Source: an uncultured Rickettsiales bacterium | Lineage (GTDB): Bacteria; Pseudomonadota; Alphaproteobacteria; Rickettsiales; RI-342 | Assembly: GCA_964435165.1 (NCBI GenBank) | Contig: CAYSXY010000002.1 | Coordinates: forward strand, 8,126-72,125 | DNA length: 64,000 nt | Reading direction: 5' to 3' | Notes under the pieces: generated by a model | What the model was told of the DNA's origin: nothing | Database searches by the model: none | What the model saw: only the letters and a program-made list of their open reading frames with translations | Program-made: the position numbers and the translations under genes | Shown here: positions 36,097 through 49,057 of the stretch, one piece after another | Position numbering within the stretch: position 1 is the first letter of the stretch | Layout of the letters: each line of letters begins with the position of its first letter

Positions 36097-37395
36097 CTAG
36101 CGTAAGAATAATGCTGGGGTGAGTTGCCCCATCGCCTGCAGCAGGCGATAAACAGCCGTGTAATAATCATAGCGTGCAGAGGCGGCGTCGATTTTCGCAC
36201 GGAATAATTCATTTTCCGCATCCAGTACATTAATAGCCGTCTCGCTCCCTGCATCCCGTAATTTGGTACGAGAGTCATAGACTTCCGCCGCAATGTTGAC
36301 GGCATTTTCCAATAAATCGAGCCGTTTCTGACTGACAGTTAAGGAGGTCCAGGCCAGCTTGACTTCCTGCACGGTCTGTCGCATCGCCTGGCGGTAATTC
36401 TCACCGGTTGCTTCATAATTAGCGGCGGCTTGTTTAACACGGGCAACATCGGCTCCGCCATTATAGAGGTTCCAGCTCATCCGCCCTGTGACCGAAAATC
36501 GTGTCTCCGTGCCGGACACGCCACTGACATTATCGTCATAATTACCGGCAGATACCAGATCAACGGACGGGTAATAAGCAGATTTGGCGACATCGCGGGC
36601 CAGGCTGGCCACTTCCACCCCATATTTACTGGCGAGTAACCCTCGGTTGGCCTGCAGGGCGGCCTGAATCGCTTCATCAATACTCGGTGGTATCTGTTTG
36701 AAAGGAATATCCGGAATCTGCAGGTTGCCTAAATCCGGTTCACGGTCAAACACCTGCGTGAAGCGGCTGATCGCATCTTTCAGATTGCCCTGAAAGGCAG
36801 TGTAACGCTCTTTGGCGATTTGCAGGCGTGATTTGGCTTGAAGCACATCCACGGCAATGCCGGAGCCGCGCTGTACGCGTTCATCCTCTAACTGCAACTG
36901 CCGTTTCAATGTCTCAATATTCTCAAGTGACAGATTGTTAAGTTCAATCTGTCGCAGAATATCCAGATAGGAATTAATAGCTTCGAACATGACCTGCTGC
37001 TGCACCTGTTCGAGCGTCATTTCCGCGACGTCGACGCCAATTTTGGCGGACTCATGCGATGAGCTAACCCGGTAGCCGGTAAAAAGGGGTTGCGTAACGG
37101 TCAGGCTGTGGCTATCGGTCGGATAATTCGTATAATTACCCGCAGGGTTGGTTTCAGTACGATCAATCGTCTCATATCCAATATTAACTGCCGCATCAAC
37201 GCGCGGCAAATATCCGCCTAGCGCTTCCCGTTCGGCAGCTTCTGAGGCATCCACACCCGATTCAGCGGCTTTAATCAGCGGATGGTCGGCCAGCAGGTCC
37301 TGAATCAAATGCGGTAGTGGCCCGGCGCTAGCCGAAGAACTGCCAAACCATACAATACATGTGGCGAACAAGACAGAATACCGCGCAGTCACCAT
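36097..37395 (-). CDS. tolC: TolC family type I secretion outer membrane protein
   Basis: Signal peptide (VLFATCIVWFGSSSASA) after the ATG at 37395, which has the SD tGAGGAGc. Shows the two-fold OEP repeat architecture with typical TolC motifs (LLADHPLIKAAE, YLPRVD, ALQANRGLLA, YYPSVDL). The track ORF extends to 37500. Confidence 0.85.
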   Translation of the reverse strand: MVTARYSVLFATCIVWFGSSSASAGPLPHLIQDLLADHPLIKAAESGVDASEAAEREALGGYLPRVDAAVNIGYETIDRTETNPAGNYTNYPTDSHSLTVTQPLFTGYRVSSSHESAKIGVDVAEMTLEQVQQQVMFEAINSYLDILRQIELNNLSLENIETLKRQLQLEDERVQRGSGIAVDVLQAKSRLQIAKERYTAFQGNLKDAISRFTQVFDREPDLGNLQIPDIPFKQIPPSIDEAIQAALQANRGLLASKYGVEVASLARDVAKSAYYPSVDLVSAGNYDDNVSGVSGTETRFSVTGRMSWNLYNGGADVARVKQAAANYEATGENYRQAMRQTVQEVKLAWTSLTVSQKRLDLLENAVNIAAEVYDSRTKLRDAGSETAINVLDAENELFRAKIDAASARYDYYTAVYRLLQAMGQLTPALFLR

Positions 37396-37577
37396 GCTCC
37401 TCAATGCACGAGGATAAAGTGAGGGTCGTCGCCTGTAGCGACGGTGAGTCAAAACGTAATGGCGGCTCATAACCAAGGTTGCTAACAATGACACAGCCAA
37501 AGCTGCTTATGCATTCTTTATGAATGGGCCATGTAAACAATCCCTTAATTGATAAAAAGCAGGGAGATAATTTATGC

Positions 37578-37606
37578 TTGACCTGTGATATGCTTGTGAT
37601 TATGTT
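37578..37606 (+). promoter_or_regulatory. putative sigma70-type promoter of the str operon
   Basis: TTGACC, a 17 bp spacer, then TATGTT, about 75 bp upstream of rpsL. Confidence 0.35.
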
Positions 37607-37680
37607 CCCACTCCCTAATTTAACGGGCATATGCCCCGACAAATGTGCGTAAATAAATAAGATGAGGAGTGTGCCAGGGC

Positions 37681-38052
37681 ATGCCTACCATTAACCAGCT
37701 TGTCCGCAAGCCACGTAAGCCAGAAGTAAAGCGTAATAAAGTGCCGGCCATGCAGGCTTGTCCGCAGAAACGGGGTGTGTGCACGCGTGTATATACGACA
37801 ACGCCGAAAAAGCCGAACTCAGCATTACGGAAAGTCGCCCGTGTGCGACTGACCAACGGCTTTGAGGTCACGGCTTATATCCCGGGTGAGGGCCATAATT
37901 TGCAGGAACACTCGGTGGTGTTGATCCGCGGTGGTCGTGTAAAAGATTTGCCGGGTGTGCGCTACCACATCATCCGCGGCACGCTGGATACCCAGGGTGT
38001 GCAGGGCCGTAAACAAAATCGTTCGCACTATGGTGCGAAACGTCCAAAATAA
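37681..38052 (+). CDS. rpsL: 30S ribosomal protein S12
   Basis: [13 protein letters not shown]... and [16 protein letters not shown]. The ATG at 37681 lies inside track ORF 37669..38052. Confidence 0.97.
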   Translation: MPTINQLVRKPRKPEVKRNKVPAMQACPQKRGVCTRVYTTTPKKPNSALRKVARVRLTNGFEVTAYIPGEGHNLQEHSVVLIRGGRVKDLPGVRYHIIRGTLDTQGVQGRKQNRSHYGAKRPK

Positions 38053-38072
38053 TATAGTCAGGATTAGTCTCT

Positions 38073-38543
38073 ATGTCTCGTCGTCGCGCAGCAGAAAAAC
38101 GCCCACTCCTTCCCGATGCAAAATATGGCAACCGTGTCGTGAGTAAATTCATCAATGCCATCATGCTGGATGGTAAAAAGTCGATTGCCGAAAGTACGGT
38201 GTATGGGGCATTTGACATTATTCAGAAAAAAACCAGCAATGACCCGCTTGCCGTCTTTGAAGAGGCGATTGAAAATGTGAGCCCGGCCATTGAAGTGCGT
38301 TCGCGCCGTGTGGGTGGTGCGACCTATCAGGTGCCGGTTGAAGTGCGTGATGAGCGTCGCCTTGCGCTGGCCATCCGCTGGTTGATTAATGCGTCGCGCG
38401 CCCGTTCAGAGCGCACTATGCGTGAGCGGCTGTCGGCCGAGTTCATCGATGCATCCACCAAGCGTGGTGGTGCGGTGAAAAAGCGCGAAGATACGCACCG
38501 CATGGCTGAGGCAAACAAAGCCTTCTCGCATTACCGTTGGTAG
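38073..38543 (+). CDS. rpsG: 30S ribosomal protein S7
   Basis: [19 protein letters not shown]... and a C-terminal [10 protein letters not shown]. Confidence 0.97.
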   Translation: MSRRRAAEKRPLLPDAKYGNRVVSKFINAIMLDGKKSIAESTVYGAFDIIQKKTSNDPLAVFEEAIENVSPAIEVRSRRVGGATYQVPVEVRDERRLALAIRWLINASRARSERTMRERLSAEFIDASTKRGGAVKKREDTHRMAEANKAFSHYRW

Positions 38544-38683
38544 GATTTGCCGAATGGTGCGCCATTCTGGTGCGCAGCGCTGATATTTGTCTGCACTAAA
38601 TGATGAAAAAGCTTGTAATTTTTGCGGGGTGACGCTACATCCCGCCGCATATCGCTTTGACTGGATAACTATAAGGATAAACC

Positions 38684-40762
<2,079 letters not shown>

Positions 40763-40789
40763 CGGTTGCCATACAGAGTTCATTTACAA

Positions 40790-40814
40790 GGGCCGCCGTC
40801 GCGGCCCTTTTTTT
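40790..40814 (+). terminator. rho-independent terminator after fusA
   Basis: gggccgc-cgtc-gcggccc stem-loop followed by ttttttt. Confidence 0.85.
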
Positions 40815-40896
40815 GTGGAATATGGGCGGGTTTGAATCTCATTTATTCTGAGGAGGCGAGGCTATCTCATTTAAGAAAATAACGGTGAATTAATTC

Positions 40897-40924
40897 TTGA
40901 CTCCCGGGGCTAAACTGCTATGTA
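40897..40924 (+). promoter_or_regulatory. putative promoter of the S10 operon
   Basis: TTGACT (40897-40902), a 16 bp spacer, then TATGTA (40919-40924), about 110 bp upstream of rpsJ. Confidence 0.3.
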
Positions 40925-41031
40925 TTGCGCCCCTCGCGAAAAGAAGGGTGGCTGCAGGCCTCCTGGCGAGCTTAGAGACAGAGTACAAAACGATAATATC
41001 AGTCGCTATTTGACAGCGTGTTGAGGAAAAG

Positions 41032-41358
41032 ATGCAAGGACAACGAATTCGTATCCGGCTTAAGGCGTTTGACCATCGAGTATTGGATCAATCAACTTCT
41101 GAAATTGTGAGTACCGCTAAGCGCACAGGTGCGCAGGTGCGTGGCCCCATTCCTCTTCCGCGTCGCATTGAGCGCTTCACGGTGCTGCGTTCCCCTCATG
41201 TGAATAAGAAATCGCGTGAGCAGTTTGAGATCCGCACCCATAAGCGTCTTATTGATATTGTTGATCCAACCCCGCAAACGGTCGATGCGCTGATGAAGCT
41301 TGATCTGGCGGCGGGTGTAAATGTTGAAATTAAATTGGCTGGTGGAGCCGCGGCATGA
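41032..41358 (+). CDS. rpsJ: 30S ribosomal protein S10
   Basis: [18 protein letters not shown]...RGPIPLP. Confidence 0.95.
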   Translation: MQGQRIRIRLKAFDHRVLDQSTSEIVSTAKRTGAQVRGPIPLPRRIERFTVLRSPHVNKKSREQFEIRTHKRLIDIVDPTPQTVDALMKLDLAAGVNVEIKLAGGAAA

Positions 41359-42128
41359 GAACCGGACTGATTGCAAAAAAACTGGGCATGACCCGTGTCT
41401 TTACGGAGGATGGCGAGCATTTGCCGGCAACGCTGCTTCAGGTGGAGCAGGCGCAGGTGGTGGCGCAGCGCACGGTGGAGAAAGACGGATATACGGCATT
41501 GCAGCTGGGTGTAGGTAAGCGCAAGGTAAAAAATGTCTCTAAGGCAATGCGGGGGCATTATGCCAAGGCAAAGGTTGAGCCGAAAATGATGGTAAAGGAA
41601 TTTCGCGTCGCTGAGGATGCAATGGTTCCTGTGGGAAGTGACATTCCGGCAACGCATTTTATTCCTGGCCAGTATGTAGATGTCGCAGGCATTTCAAAGG
41701 GTCGTGGTTTTTCCGGTGGGATGCGCCGACATAATTTTGGTGGTTTGGAGGCATCGCATGGTGTTTCTATTTCGCACCGTTCGCACGGCTCGACGGGTCA
41801 GTGTCAGGATCCGGGGAAAGTGTTTAAGGGTAAGAAAATGGCGGGCCAGTACGGAAATGCCAGTGTTACCGTGCAAAATTTAACAGTTATCTCCAGCGAC
41901 GCCGAGACGGGTGTCATCGTCGTGAGGGGTGCGGTGCCCGGGTCTAAGGGTGGTTACGTCTTTATTCGTGATGCGGTTAAGCGCGCGGTATCGCCGGATG
42001 CTCCTTACCCAACCGTGTTGAAGGAAGAGCCAGAGGCGGCGGAAGAACCCGGTGCTGAGGGTGAAAACCAGGCGGGCGTGCAGGCCGCCTCAGAAGATAA
42101 GCAAGAGGGTCAGGGCAATGAAGCTTAA
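41355..42128 (+). CDS. rplC: 50S ribosomal protein L3 (acidic C-terminal extension)
   Basis: [20 protein letters not shown]... and [12 protein letters not shown]. The tail is [18 protein letters not shown].... Confidence 0.95.
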   Translation: MRTGLIAKKLGMTRVFTEDGEHLPATLLQVEQAQVVAQRTVEKDGYTALQLGVGKRKVKNVSKAMRGHYAKAKVEPKMMVKEFRVAEDAMVPVGSDIPATHFIPGQYVDVAGISKGRGFSGGMRRHNFGGLEASHGVSISHRSHGSTGQCQDPGKVFKGKKMAGQYGNASVTVQNLTVISSDAETGVIVVRGAVPGSKGGYVFIRDAVKRAVSPDAPYPTVLKEEPEAAEEPGAEGENQAGVQAASEDKQEGQGNEA

Positions 42129-42738
42129 GGTAACGACTCTTGACAATAAGGCGGCGGGTGAGATTTCGCTAAAGCCGGAAGTGTTCGGTCTGGAAGAGCG
42201 CGCTGATCTGTTGCATCGCATGGTGCAGTATCAGTTGGCGAAGCGTCGCGCAGGTACGCACAAAGTCAAGGCTGTTGGCGAAGTGAGCGGTTCCAACGCC
42301 AAGCCATTCCGCCAAAAAGGCACGGGCCGGGCGCGGCAGGGTTCGAGTCGTGCATCTCAGATGCGTGGCGGTGCGGTGACGTTTGGGCCGGTAGTTCGCA
42401 GTCATGCCCAGAGCTTGCCCAAAAAAGTGCGTAAACTGGCGCTAAAGACGGCGCTGTCAGTGAAAGCCAAAAATGGTGAATTAAAAATTGTGGACTCGCT
42501 GAATCTGAAAGAAGCCAAGACGAAGCTGCTGCGAGAAAATCTGGCAAAGCTTGGTCTGGAAAAGGCGCTGTTTATTGACGCGTCCGAAATAAATGAAAAT
42601 TTTCGCAAAGCATCTGCGAATTTGCACCAAATCAATGCATTGCCGCAAATTGGTGCCAATGTATACGATATTCTGCGTCACCAGCAGGTGGTGCTGACGA
42701 AAGACGCTGTTGAACAGTTACAAGCGAGGCTGTCATGA
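42118..42738 (+). CDS. rplD: 50S ribosomal protein L4
   Basis: [18 protein letters not shown]... and [15 protein letters not shown]. The ATG at 42118 lies inside track ORF 42052..42738. Confidence 0.95.
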   Translation: MKLKVTTLDNKAAGEISLKPEVFGLEERADLLHRMVQYQLAKRRAGTHKVKAVGEVSGSNAKPFRQKGTGRARQGSSRASQMRGGAVTFGPVVRSHAQSLPKKVRKLALKTALSVKAKNGELKIVDSLNLKEAKTKLLRENLAKLGLEKALFIDASEINENFRKASANLHQINALPQIGANVYDILRHQQVVLTKDAVEQLQARLS

Positions 42739-43031
42739 CCATCGCCCTGACCCATTATGATGTGTTGCTCTCTCCGGTGATTACTGAAAAATCAACGGTT
42801 ATCTCTGAATTGAATAAAATGACGTTCCGCGTCAATACGATGGCAACAAAAAAGCAAATCAAAGAAGCGGTTGAGTCGCTCTTTAAGGTAGAGGTGCTGT
42901 CGGTAAACACACTCAATGTTAAAGGTAAAACAAAGCGTTTCCGTGGTCGCCCAGGCCGCCGGAGTGATGTGAAAAAAGCAATTGTGACGATTAAGGAAGG
43001 TCAAACAATAGACCTGACGGCAGGAGTCTGA
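42735..43031 (+). CDS. rplW: 50S ribosomal protein L23
   Basis: [13 protein letters not shown]... and [11 protein letters not shown]. Confidence 0.95.
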   Translation: MTIALTHYDVLLSPVITEKSTVISELNKMTFRVNTMATKKQIKEAVESLFKVEVLSVNTLNVKGKTKRFRGRPGRRSDVKKAIVTIKEGQTIDLTAGV

Positions 43032-43035
43032 TCCG

Positions 43036-43869
43036 ATGGCATTAAAGAAATATAATCCAACCACCCCGTCGCAGCGTCAGCTGGTTCTGGTTGATCGTGG
43101 CGCGCTCTGGAAGGGCAAGCCTGTTAAAGAGTTGACGGAAGGTCTGACCAAATCGGGTGGTCGTAATAATAATGGGCGCATTACCGCTCGCCGCATCGGC
43201 GGGGGGCACAAGCGTCGTTACCGCGTTATTGATTTCAAGCGTATGAAGCGCGATATGATGGCGACGGTTGAGCGTCTGGAGTATGATCCTAACCGTTCCG
43301 CTTTTATTGCGCTTGTAAAATATGAGGATGGTGAGCAGGCATATATTCTGGCGCCGCAGCGCTTGTCCGTAGGAGACAAAATTCAGGCGGGTAAAGGTGC
43401 GGATATTAAGCCTGGTAATGCACTGCCGTTGAGTTCGATTCCGGTGGGCACGCTGGTGCACAATATTGAAATCAAGCCGGGCAAGGGCGGTCAGATTGCG
43501 CGCGCCGCAGGAGCATATGCTCAGTTGGCGGGTAAGGATAGTGGTTACGCGCTGCTCAAATTACGCTCGGGCGAGACACGTATGGTGCCTGCAAGTGCAT
43601 ATGCAACGGTGGGTGCGGTGTCGAACCCGGATCACCAGAATATTAATTTAGGTAAGGCGGGTCGCAACCGTTGGCTGGGCAAGCGTCCATCTGTACGCGG
43701 TGTCGCGATGAACCCGGTTGATCACCCGCATGGTGGTGGTGAGGGCCGTAGCTCCGGTGGTCGCCATCCGGTGACGCCGTGGGGTAAGCCGACCAAGGGT
43801 AAGCGGACGCGCTCAAATAAGGCGACGGATAAATATATCGTCACCAGCCGTCACCGCCGGAATAAATAA
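43036..43869 (+). CDS. rplB: 50S ribosomal protein L2
   Basis: [14 protein letters not shown]... and [13 protein letters not shown]. Confidence 0.97.
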   Translation: MALKKYNPTTPSQRQLVLVDRGALWKGKPVKELTEGLTKSGGRNNNGRITARRIGGGHKRRYRVIDFKRMKRDMMATVERLEYDPNRSAFIALVKYEDGEQAYILAPQRLSVGDKIQAGKGADIKPGNALPLSSIPVGTLVHNIEIKPGKGGQIARAAGAYAQLAGKDSGYALLKLRSGETRMVPASAYATVGAVSNPDHQNINLGKAGRNRWLGKRPSVRGVAMNPVDHPHGGGEGRSSGGRHPVTPWGKPTKGKRTRSNKATDKYIVTSRHRRNK

Positions 43870-43880
43870 GGAGAAGCTTG

Positions 43881-44159
43881 ATGCCACGTTCTGTATGGAA
43901 AGGCCCGTTTGTCGATGGCTACTTGCTGAAAAAAGTTGAGCAGGTGCGTTCGTCCGGCAAAAACACCGTGATCAAAACCTGGTCACGCCGTTCAACGATC
44001 ATTCCTCAATTCGTTGGTGTGACGTTTGGTGTGTATAACGGCCAGAAATTCATTCCTGTCTCGGTGAGTGAAGATATGGTTGGGCATAAGCTGGGTGAAT
44101 TTTCGCCGACTCGTACCTATTACGGGCACGGCGTGGATAAGAAAGCAAAAAGGAAATAA
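43881..44159 (+). CDS. rpsS: 30S ribosomal protein S19
   Basis: [12 protein letters not shown]... and [12 protein letters not shown]. Confidence 0.97.
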   Translation: MPRSVWKGPFVDGYLLKKVEQVRSSGKNTVIKTWSRRSTIIPQFVGVTFGVYNGQKFIPVSVSEDMVGHKLGEFSPTRTYYGHGVDKKAKRK

Positions 44160-44161
44160 TC

Positions 44162-44545
44162 ATGGGCAAGGCAGCAGCTCCCCGTCGCTTGGCAGATAAT
44201 GAGGCAATGGCTACGCTCCGCATGGTGCGCACCAGCCCGTATAAGCTTAACCAAGTGGCTACCATGATTCGCGGCATGCATGTGAATGATGCGCTGGTGC
44301 AGCTGACATTCTCGCGGCGTCGCGTGGCTGGCGATATTAAAAAGCTTTTGCAGTCGGCCGTTGCAAATGCCGAAAACAATCATAACCTCGATGTGGATAA
44401 TCTCTACGTGTCCGAGGCGACTGTTGGTAAGGCGCTGGTGATGAAGCGTTTTCGTGCTCGCGCACGGGGCCGTGCTGCTAAAATTATGAAGCCGTTCAGC
44501 AATATGCGTATTGTAGTGCGCGAAATACAAGAGGACGAAGGATAA
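44162..44545 (+). CDS. rplV: 50S ribosomal protein L22
   Basis: [14 protein letters not shown]... and [14 protein letters not shown]. Confidence 0.95.
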   Translation: MGKAAAPRRLADNEAMATLRMVRTSPYKLNQVATMIRGMHVNDALVQLTFSRRRVAGDIKKLLQSAVANAENNHNLDVDNLYVSEATVGKALVMKRFRARARGRAAKIMKPFSNMRIVVREIQEDEG

Positions 44546-45222
44546 TGGGCCAGAAAGTCAACCCAATAGGATTGCGTCTTGGCATCAATCGCACATGGGA
44601 TTCCCGCTGGTATGCCAGTGCTGATTATGCAGATAAATTGCATGAGGATTTGAAGATCCGCCAATATGTCAAGAAGGCGCTTAAAAGTGCTGGCGTTAGC
44701 AAAGTGGTGATCGAGCGTCCTACGAAAAAAGTGGTCGTGACGATTCAATCAGCCCGCCCTGGCGTGGTGATCGGTAAAAAAGGTGCTGATATCGAGAAAT
44801 TAAAAAAGGACTTGTCCAAATTTACCGACGATGAAGTGAATTTGAACATTGTCGAGGTTCGCAAGCCGGAAATTGATGCCAATCTGGTGGCGGAAGGTAT
44901 TGCGCAGCAGCTAGAGCGCCGTGTGTCGTTCCGTCGTGCCATGAAGCGCGCGGTTCAATCTGCTCAGCGCATGGGGGCATTGGGTATTCGTGTGAATTGC
45001 GCCGGTCGCTTGGCTGGGGCGGAGATTGCACGCACGGAATGGTATCGCGAAGGGCGTGTGCCATTGCATACGTTGCGTGCCGATATCGATTACGGGACGG
45101 CCCGTGCCAATACGACCTATGGGGTGATTGGCGTGAAGGTGTGGATTTTCCGGGGTGAGATTCTTGCCCATGATCCACTGGCATCAGAAAAACGTGCTGT
45201 TGAGCAGCAAGTGCTGCGCTAA
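44545..45222 (+). CDS. rpsC: 30S ribosomal protein S3
   Basis: [24 protein letters not shown].... Confidence 0.97.
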   Translation: MGQKVNPIGLRLGINRTWDSRWYASADYADKLHEDLKIRQYVKKALKSAGVSKVVIERPTKKVVVTIQSARPGVVIGKKGADIEKLKKDLSKFTDDEVNLNIVEVRKPEIDANLVAEGIAQQLERRVSFRRAMKRAVQSAQRMGALGIRVNCAGRLAGAEIARTEWYREGRVPLHTLRADIDYGTARANTTYGVIGVKVWIFRGEILAHDPLASEKRAVEQQVLR

Positions 45223-45239
45223 GCAAAGGATGAAGAGCG

Positions 45240-45656
45240 ATGTTGCAACCAAAACGAACAAAATTCCGCAAAGCGCATAAAGGCCGCATTCACGGCAACG
45301 CCAAAGGCGGAACGGATTTGAATTTTGGCTCATATGGAATGAAAGCCATGCAGCCGGAGCGCGTGACGGCGCGTCAGATTGAGGCCGCTCGTCGTGCCAT
45401 TCAGCGCCGCTTGCGCCGGGCAGGCCGCCTATGGATTCGTATTTTTCCGGATGTGCCTGTGTCAAGCAAGCCGGCAGAAGTACGGATGGGTAAAGGTAAG
45501 GGTTCGCCCGAATATTGGGTGGCAAAAGTCAAGCCTGGCCGCATTATGTTTGAGTTGGATGGGGTGCCGGAAGATGCTGCCCGTGATGCATTTGAACTTG
45601 CCGCAGCTAAACTGCCGCTGCGTGTGCGGTTCGTAAAGCGTCCAGATGAGGATTGA
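45240..45656 (+). CDS. rplP: 50S ribosomal protein L16
   Basis: [19 protein letters not shown].... Confidence 0.97.
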   Translation: MLQPKRTKFRKAHKGRIHGNAKGGTDLNFGSYGMKAMQPERVTARQIEAARRAIQRRLRRAGRLWIRIFPDVPVSSKPAEVRMGKGKGSPEYWVAKVKPGRIMFELDGVPEDAARDAFELAAAKLPLRVRFVKRPDED

Positions 45657-45660
45657 TGCC

Positions 45661-45861
45661 ATGCAGTCAACAGAATTACGCAATATGAGTGTTGATCAGT
45701 TGAAGGATCAGCTGTCAACAATGAAAAAAGAAGCCATGAACCTCCGCTTTCAACAGGCGACAGGTGAATTGCAAAATACGAATCGCCGCCGCCAGGTGCG
45801 CCGCGACATTGCGCGTGTGCAAACAGTCCTGTCGGAAAAGCGCCATGAGACGAAGAAGTAG
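45661..45861 (+). CDS. rpmC: 50S ribosomal protein L29
   Basis: [14 protein letters not shown]...[14 protein letters not shown]. The ATG at 45661 lies inside track ORF 45646..45861. Confidence 0.9.
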   Translation: MQSTELRNMSVDQLKDQLSTMKKEAMNLRFQQATGELQNTNRRRQVRRDIARVQTVLSEKRHETKK

Positions 45862-45872
45862 GAGTTGCAGAG

Positions 45873-46109
45873 ATGCCTAAGCGTATATTACAGGGCGTGG
45901 TTGTTAGCGATAAGCGCGATAAAACAGTGACGGTGTTGGTTGAGCGTCGTCTGAAACACCCACTGTACCAGAAAACCATTCGCCGCTCGAAAAAATATGC
46001 AGCGCATGATCCGGAGAACCGTTTCAAAGAAGGGGATAATATCCGCATTGTTGAAACGAAACCAATTTCGAAACAAAAAACCTGGCTCGTAATGTACGAC
46101 GCCGCGTAA
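45873..46109 (+). CDS. rpsQ: 30S ribosomal protein S17
   Basis: [21 protein letters not shown]...KKYAAHD. Confidence 0.95.
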   Translation: MPKRILQGVVVSDKRDKTVTVLVERRLKHPLYQKTIRRSKKYAAHDPENRFKEGDNIRIVETKPISKQKTWLVMYDAA

Positions 46110-46126
46110 GAAGCGAGGATAACGCC

Positions 46127-46495
46127 ATGATTCAGATGCAGACGACCTTGGAAGTCGCCGATAATTCCGGCGCCCGCAAGGTGCAGTGTATCAAAGTGTT
46201 GGGAGGATCGAAGCGTCGCTCTGCTGGTATCGGCGATGTGATCGTCGTATCGGTTAAAGATGCGATCCCACGCGGTAAGGTTAAAAAAGGTGAGGTGCAC
46301 CGCGCTGTTGTGGTGCGTACGGCAAAAGATATGCGTCGTTCAGATGGTAGTGCGATTCGCTTTGATCGTAACGCCGCAGTTCTGATCAATAAGCAGGGTG
46401 AGCCGATTGGAACACGTATTTTCGGCCCGGTTACGCGTGAGCTGCGCTACAAAAAATACATGAAGATCATTTCTCTTGCCCCAGAGGTACTATAA
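46127..46495 (+). CDS. rplN: 50S ribosomal protein L14
   Basis: [28 protein letters not shown].... Confidence 0.97.
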   Translation: MIQMQTTLEVADNSGARKVQCIKVLGGSKRRSAGIGDVIVVSVKDAIPRGKVKKGEVHRAVVVRTAKDMRRSDGSAIRFDRNAAVLINKQGEPIGTRIFGPVTRELRYKKYMKIISLAPEVL

Positions 46496-46824
46496 TGGCG
46501 AACCAGCAGAAACTAAAAATTAAAAAAGGTGACGCGGTCATTGTCACCACTGGTAAGGATAAAGGTAAACGCGGTGAAGTGCTGCGCGTGATTCCTGAGC
46601 AAAAGCGTGTCGTTATTTCGGGGGCAAATGTAGCAACCCGTCACAACCGGCCTTCGCAATTCGATGCAGGGGGTATCGCCAAGAAAGAAATGCCGATTCA
46701 TATTTCCAATGTGGCGTTGGTGGATCCCAAGCAGGATGTGGCGACGCGTGTAGGGTATAAAACCCTCAAAGATGGTAGAAAAGTACGCTTCGCTAAGAAA
46801 TCTGGCGAAGTGATTGATGCGTAG
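46495..46824 (+). CDS. rplX: 50S ribosomal protein L24
   Basis: [25 protein letters not shown] (KOW motif). Confidence 0.95.
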   Translation: MANQQKLKIKKGDAVIVTTGKDKGKRGEVLRVIPEQKRVVISGANVATRHNRPSQFDAGGIAKKEMPIHISNVALVDPKQDVATRVGYKTLKDGRKVRFAKKSGEVIDA

Positions 46825-46835
46825 AGGAAACGGCC

Positions 46836-47375
46836 ATGGCCAGATTATTAAAAGATTATAATGAGCGCATTCGTAAAGAACTTCAGCAGGAGTTGAATTT
46901 CACGAACCCGATGCAAGTGCCGAAAATTGAGAAAATCGTACTCAATATGGGCGTGTCGGAAGCGGTTGGTAATTCAAAAGTGCTGACGTCAGTGTCCGAT
47001 GAATTAGGTATGATTGCCGGGCAAAAGCCTGTCATCACGCGTGCCAAGAAATCGATCGCCAGCTTTAAGCTGCGTGAGGGCATGCCCTTGGGTGCGAAGG
47101 TGACGCTACGTGGTGAGCGTATGTATGAATTTCTGGATCGTCTGGTGACCATTGCCATGCCGCGCATTCGGGATTTTCGTGGACTGAATCACAAAAGTTT
47201 CGATGGTTGCGGAAATTATGCCTTTGGTATAAAAGAGCACATCATTTTCCCGGAAATAAATTATGACAAAGTGGATAAAATCCGGGGTATGGATGTGATT
47301 ATCACCACGTCGACCGCAAATGACAATGAAGCGCTGGCTTTGTTGAAGAAACTTAATTTGCCATTTGCGGCCTGA
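46836..47375 (+). CDS. rplE: 50S ribosomal protein L5
   Basis: [14 protein letters not shown]...[13 protein letters not shown]. Confidence 0.95.
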   Translation: MARLLKDYNERIRKELQQELNFTNPMQVPKIEKIVLNMGVSEAVGNSKVLTSVSDELGMIAGQKPVITRAKKSIASFKLREGMPLGAKVTLRGERMYEFLDRLVTIAMPRIRDFRGLNHKSFDGCGNYAFGIKEHIIFPEINYDKVDKIRGMDVIITTSTANDNEALALLKKLNLPFAA

Positions 47376-47394
47376 GTGGAACGGAGAGAGTAGT

Positions 47395-47700
47395 ATGGCT
47401 AAGAAAAGTTCAGTTGAGAAAAATAAACGCCGTCAGCGCATGGCAGATAAGTTTTCCAACAAGCGTGAAGCACTGAAAAAAGTGATCATGGACAAGGAAA
47501 CCTCGTTTGAGGATCGTTTGGAGGCGTCGCTGAAGTTGGCAAAACTGCCACGCAATAGTGCGCCGATTCGCCAGCGTAACCGTTGCGAAGTCAGTGGTCG
47601 TCCGCGCGGATATTATCGTAAATTAAAAATGTCGCGTATTGCGCTGCGCGAGCTTGGGTCAGCCGGTGAGCTGCCAGGCATTGTTAAATCGAGCTGGTAA
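47395..47700 (+). CDS. rpsN: 30S ribosomal protein S14
   Basis: [14 protein letters not shown]... and a C-terminal LPGIVKSSW. The ATG at 47395 lies inside track ORF 47365..47700. Confidence 0.95.
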   Translation: MAKKSSVEKNKRRQRMADKFSNKREALKKVIMDKETSFEDRLEASLKLAKLPRNSAPIRQRNRCEVSGRPRGYYRKLKMSRIALRELGSAGELPGIVKSSW

Positions 47701-47716
47701 AGGTGGAGTCACGATC

Positions 47717-48115
47717 ATGTCAATGAATGATTTGTTATCAGATATGCTGACACGCATCCGCAATGGCCAGCAGGCACGCCTCTCTGTCGTCAGTGCTCCG
47801 GCGTCTAATTTGTCGGAAAATGTGCTGAAGGTGCTGGCGGAAGAAGGTTATATTCGTGGTTACAGTCGCAATGAGGAAGATTCGGCAAAGCCGCAGCTGA
47901 ATATTGAGCTGAAATACCACGATGGCGAGCCGGTCATTAAAGAATTAAAGCGTAAATCCAAACCAGGGCGGCGTGTATACACTTCCGTCAAAGAGATGCC
48001 GCGTGTGCATAACGGTTTGGGTATGGCCATTATTTCGACCCCTAAAGGGGTGATGTCTGACTATCAGGCGCGCGTCGACCATGTGGGCGGCGAAGTGCTT
48101 TGCAGTGTATTCTAG
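47717..48115 (+). CDS. rpsH: 30S ribosomal protein S8
   Basis: [17 protein letters not shown].... The ATG at 47717 lies inside track ORF 47639..48115. Confidence 0.95.
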   Translation: MSMNDLLSDMLTRIRNGQQARLSVVSAPASNLSENVLKVLAEEGYIRGYSRNEEDSAKPQLNIELKYHDGEPVIKELKRKSKPGRRVYTSVKEMPRVHNGLGMAIISTPKGVMSDYQARVDHVGGEVLCSVF

Positions 48116-48124
48116 GAGAGAATC

Positions 48125-48658
48125 ATGTCACGCGTAGGTAAACTGCCCATAGCGATTCCGGATGGAGTTTCCGTCTCTCTGACAGAGTCGGAAATCACTG
48201 TCAAAGGGTCGAAAGGCGAATTAAAAACATCCTTCACCAAAGATGTTTCCATCACACAGGAAGATGGGCAGATTGTGGTGAAGCCTGCCAATAACGGCCA
48301 TCGTGCACGCTCCATGTGGGGTACCATGCGCAGCGTCATCGCGAGTCTGATCGAAGGGGCGTCGCAAGGATTTGTGCGCCGCCTGGAGATTGTTGGAGTT
48401 GGATATCGGGCCGCTCTACAGGGAGATATGCTCAACCTGTCATTGGGATATAGTCATGATGTGCGCTTTGCCTTGCCGGAAGGGGTTAGTGTGAAGTGCG
48501 AAAAACCAACCTCCATTGAAATCAGTGGAGCTAATAAACAGTTAGTAGGTCAAGTTGCATCGGATATTCGCGCGTTGCGTCCGCCTGAGCCGTATAAAGG
48601 CAAGGGGGTGCGCTTTGAGGGTGAATTTATCATGATGAAAGAAGGTAAGAAAAAGTAA
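48125..48658 (+). CDS. rplF: 50S ribosomal protein L6
   Basis: MSRVGKLPIAIPDGVSV... and PEPYKGKGVRF. Confidence 0.95.
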   Translation: MSRVGKLPIAIPDGVSVSLTESEITVKGSKGELKTSFTKDVSITQEDGQIVVKPANNGHRARSMWGTMRSVIASLIEGASQGFVRRLEIVGVGYRAALQGDMLNLSLGYSHDVRFALPEGVSVKCEKPTSIEISGANKQLVGQVASDIRALRPPEPYKGKGVRFEGEFIMMKEGKKK

Positions 48659-48668
48659 GGTGTGAATC

Positions 48669-49031
48669 ATGGCTCAGTCAGCCCAGGCATTATTTGAACG
48701 TCGTCGTCGCCGTGTGCGCTACAAGATTCGCAACGTACAGGGCGATCGCAATCGGTTAGCGGTGCATCGCACGAATCAACATATCTATGCGCACATTATC
48801 AATGCGCAAGGCAAGGTCGTGGCAAGTGCATCGTCGGTAGACAAAGACATTCGCAAGTCTCTTGGCAACGGTTCCAATGTTAAAGCGGCTGAAGCCGTCG
48901 GCAAGCTAATTGCTGACCGTGCGAAAAAGGCGAAAATTGCCGATGTGGTGTTCGACCGTGGTGGATATATTTATCATGGCCGCGTGAAGGCGCTGGCAGA
49001 TGCTGCCCGCGCGGGTGGTTTGGCATTTTAA
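48669..49031 (+). CDS. rplR: 50S ribosomal protein L18
   Basis: [10 protein letters not shown]...[15 protein letters not shown]...[21 protein letters not shown]. Confidence 0.95.
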   Translation: MAQSAQALFERRRRRVRYKIRNVQGDRNRLAVHRTNQHIYAHIINAQGKVVASASSVDKDIRKSLGNGSNVKAAEAVGKLIADRAKKAKIADVVFDRGGYIYHGRVKALADAARAGGLAF

Positions 49032-49057
49032 TAGAGTAAAGCAATAAGGACAATTAC

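Noticed and set aside
45401-46300. 299 aa ORF on the minus strand across rplP, rpmC, rpsQ and rplN.
   Set aside because: It is entirely antisense to four unmistakable ribosomal protein genes. Its translation is low-complexity and Ser/Arg/Ala-rich with no motifs. It is a typical shadow ORF.
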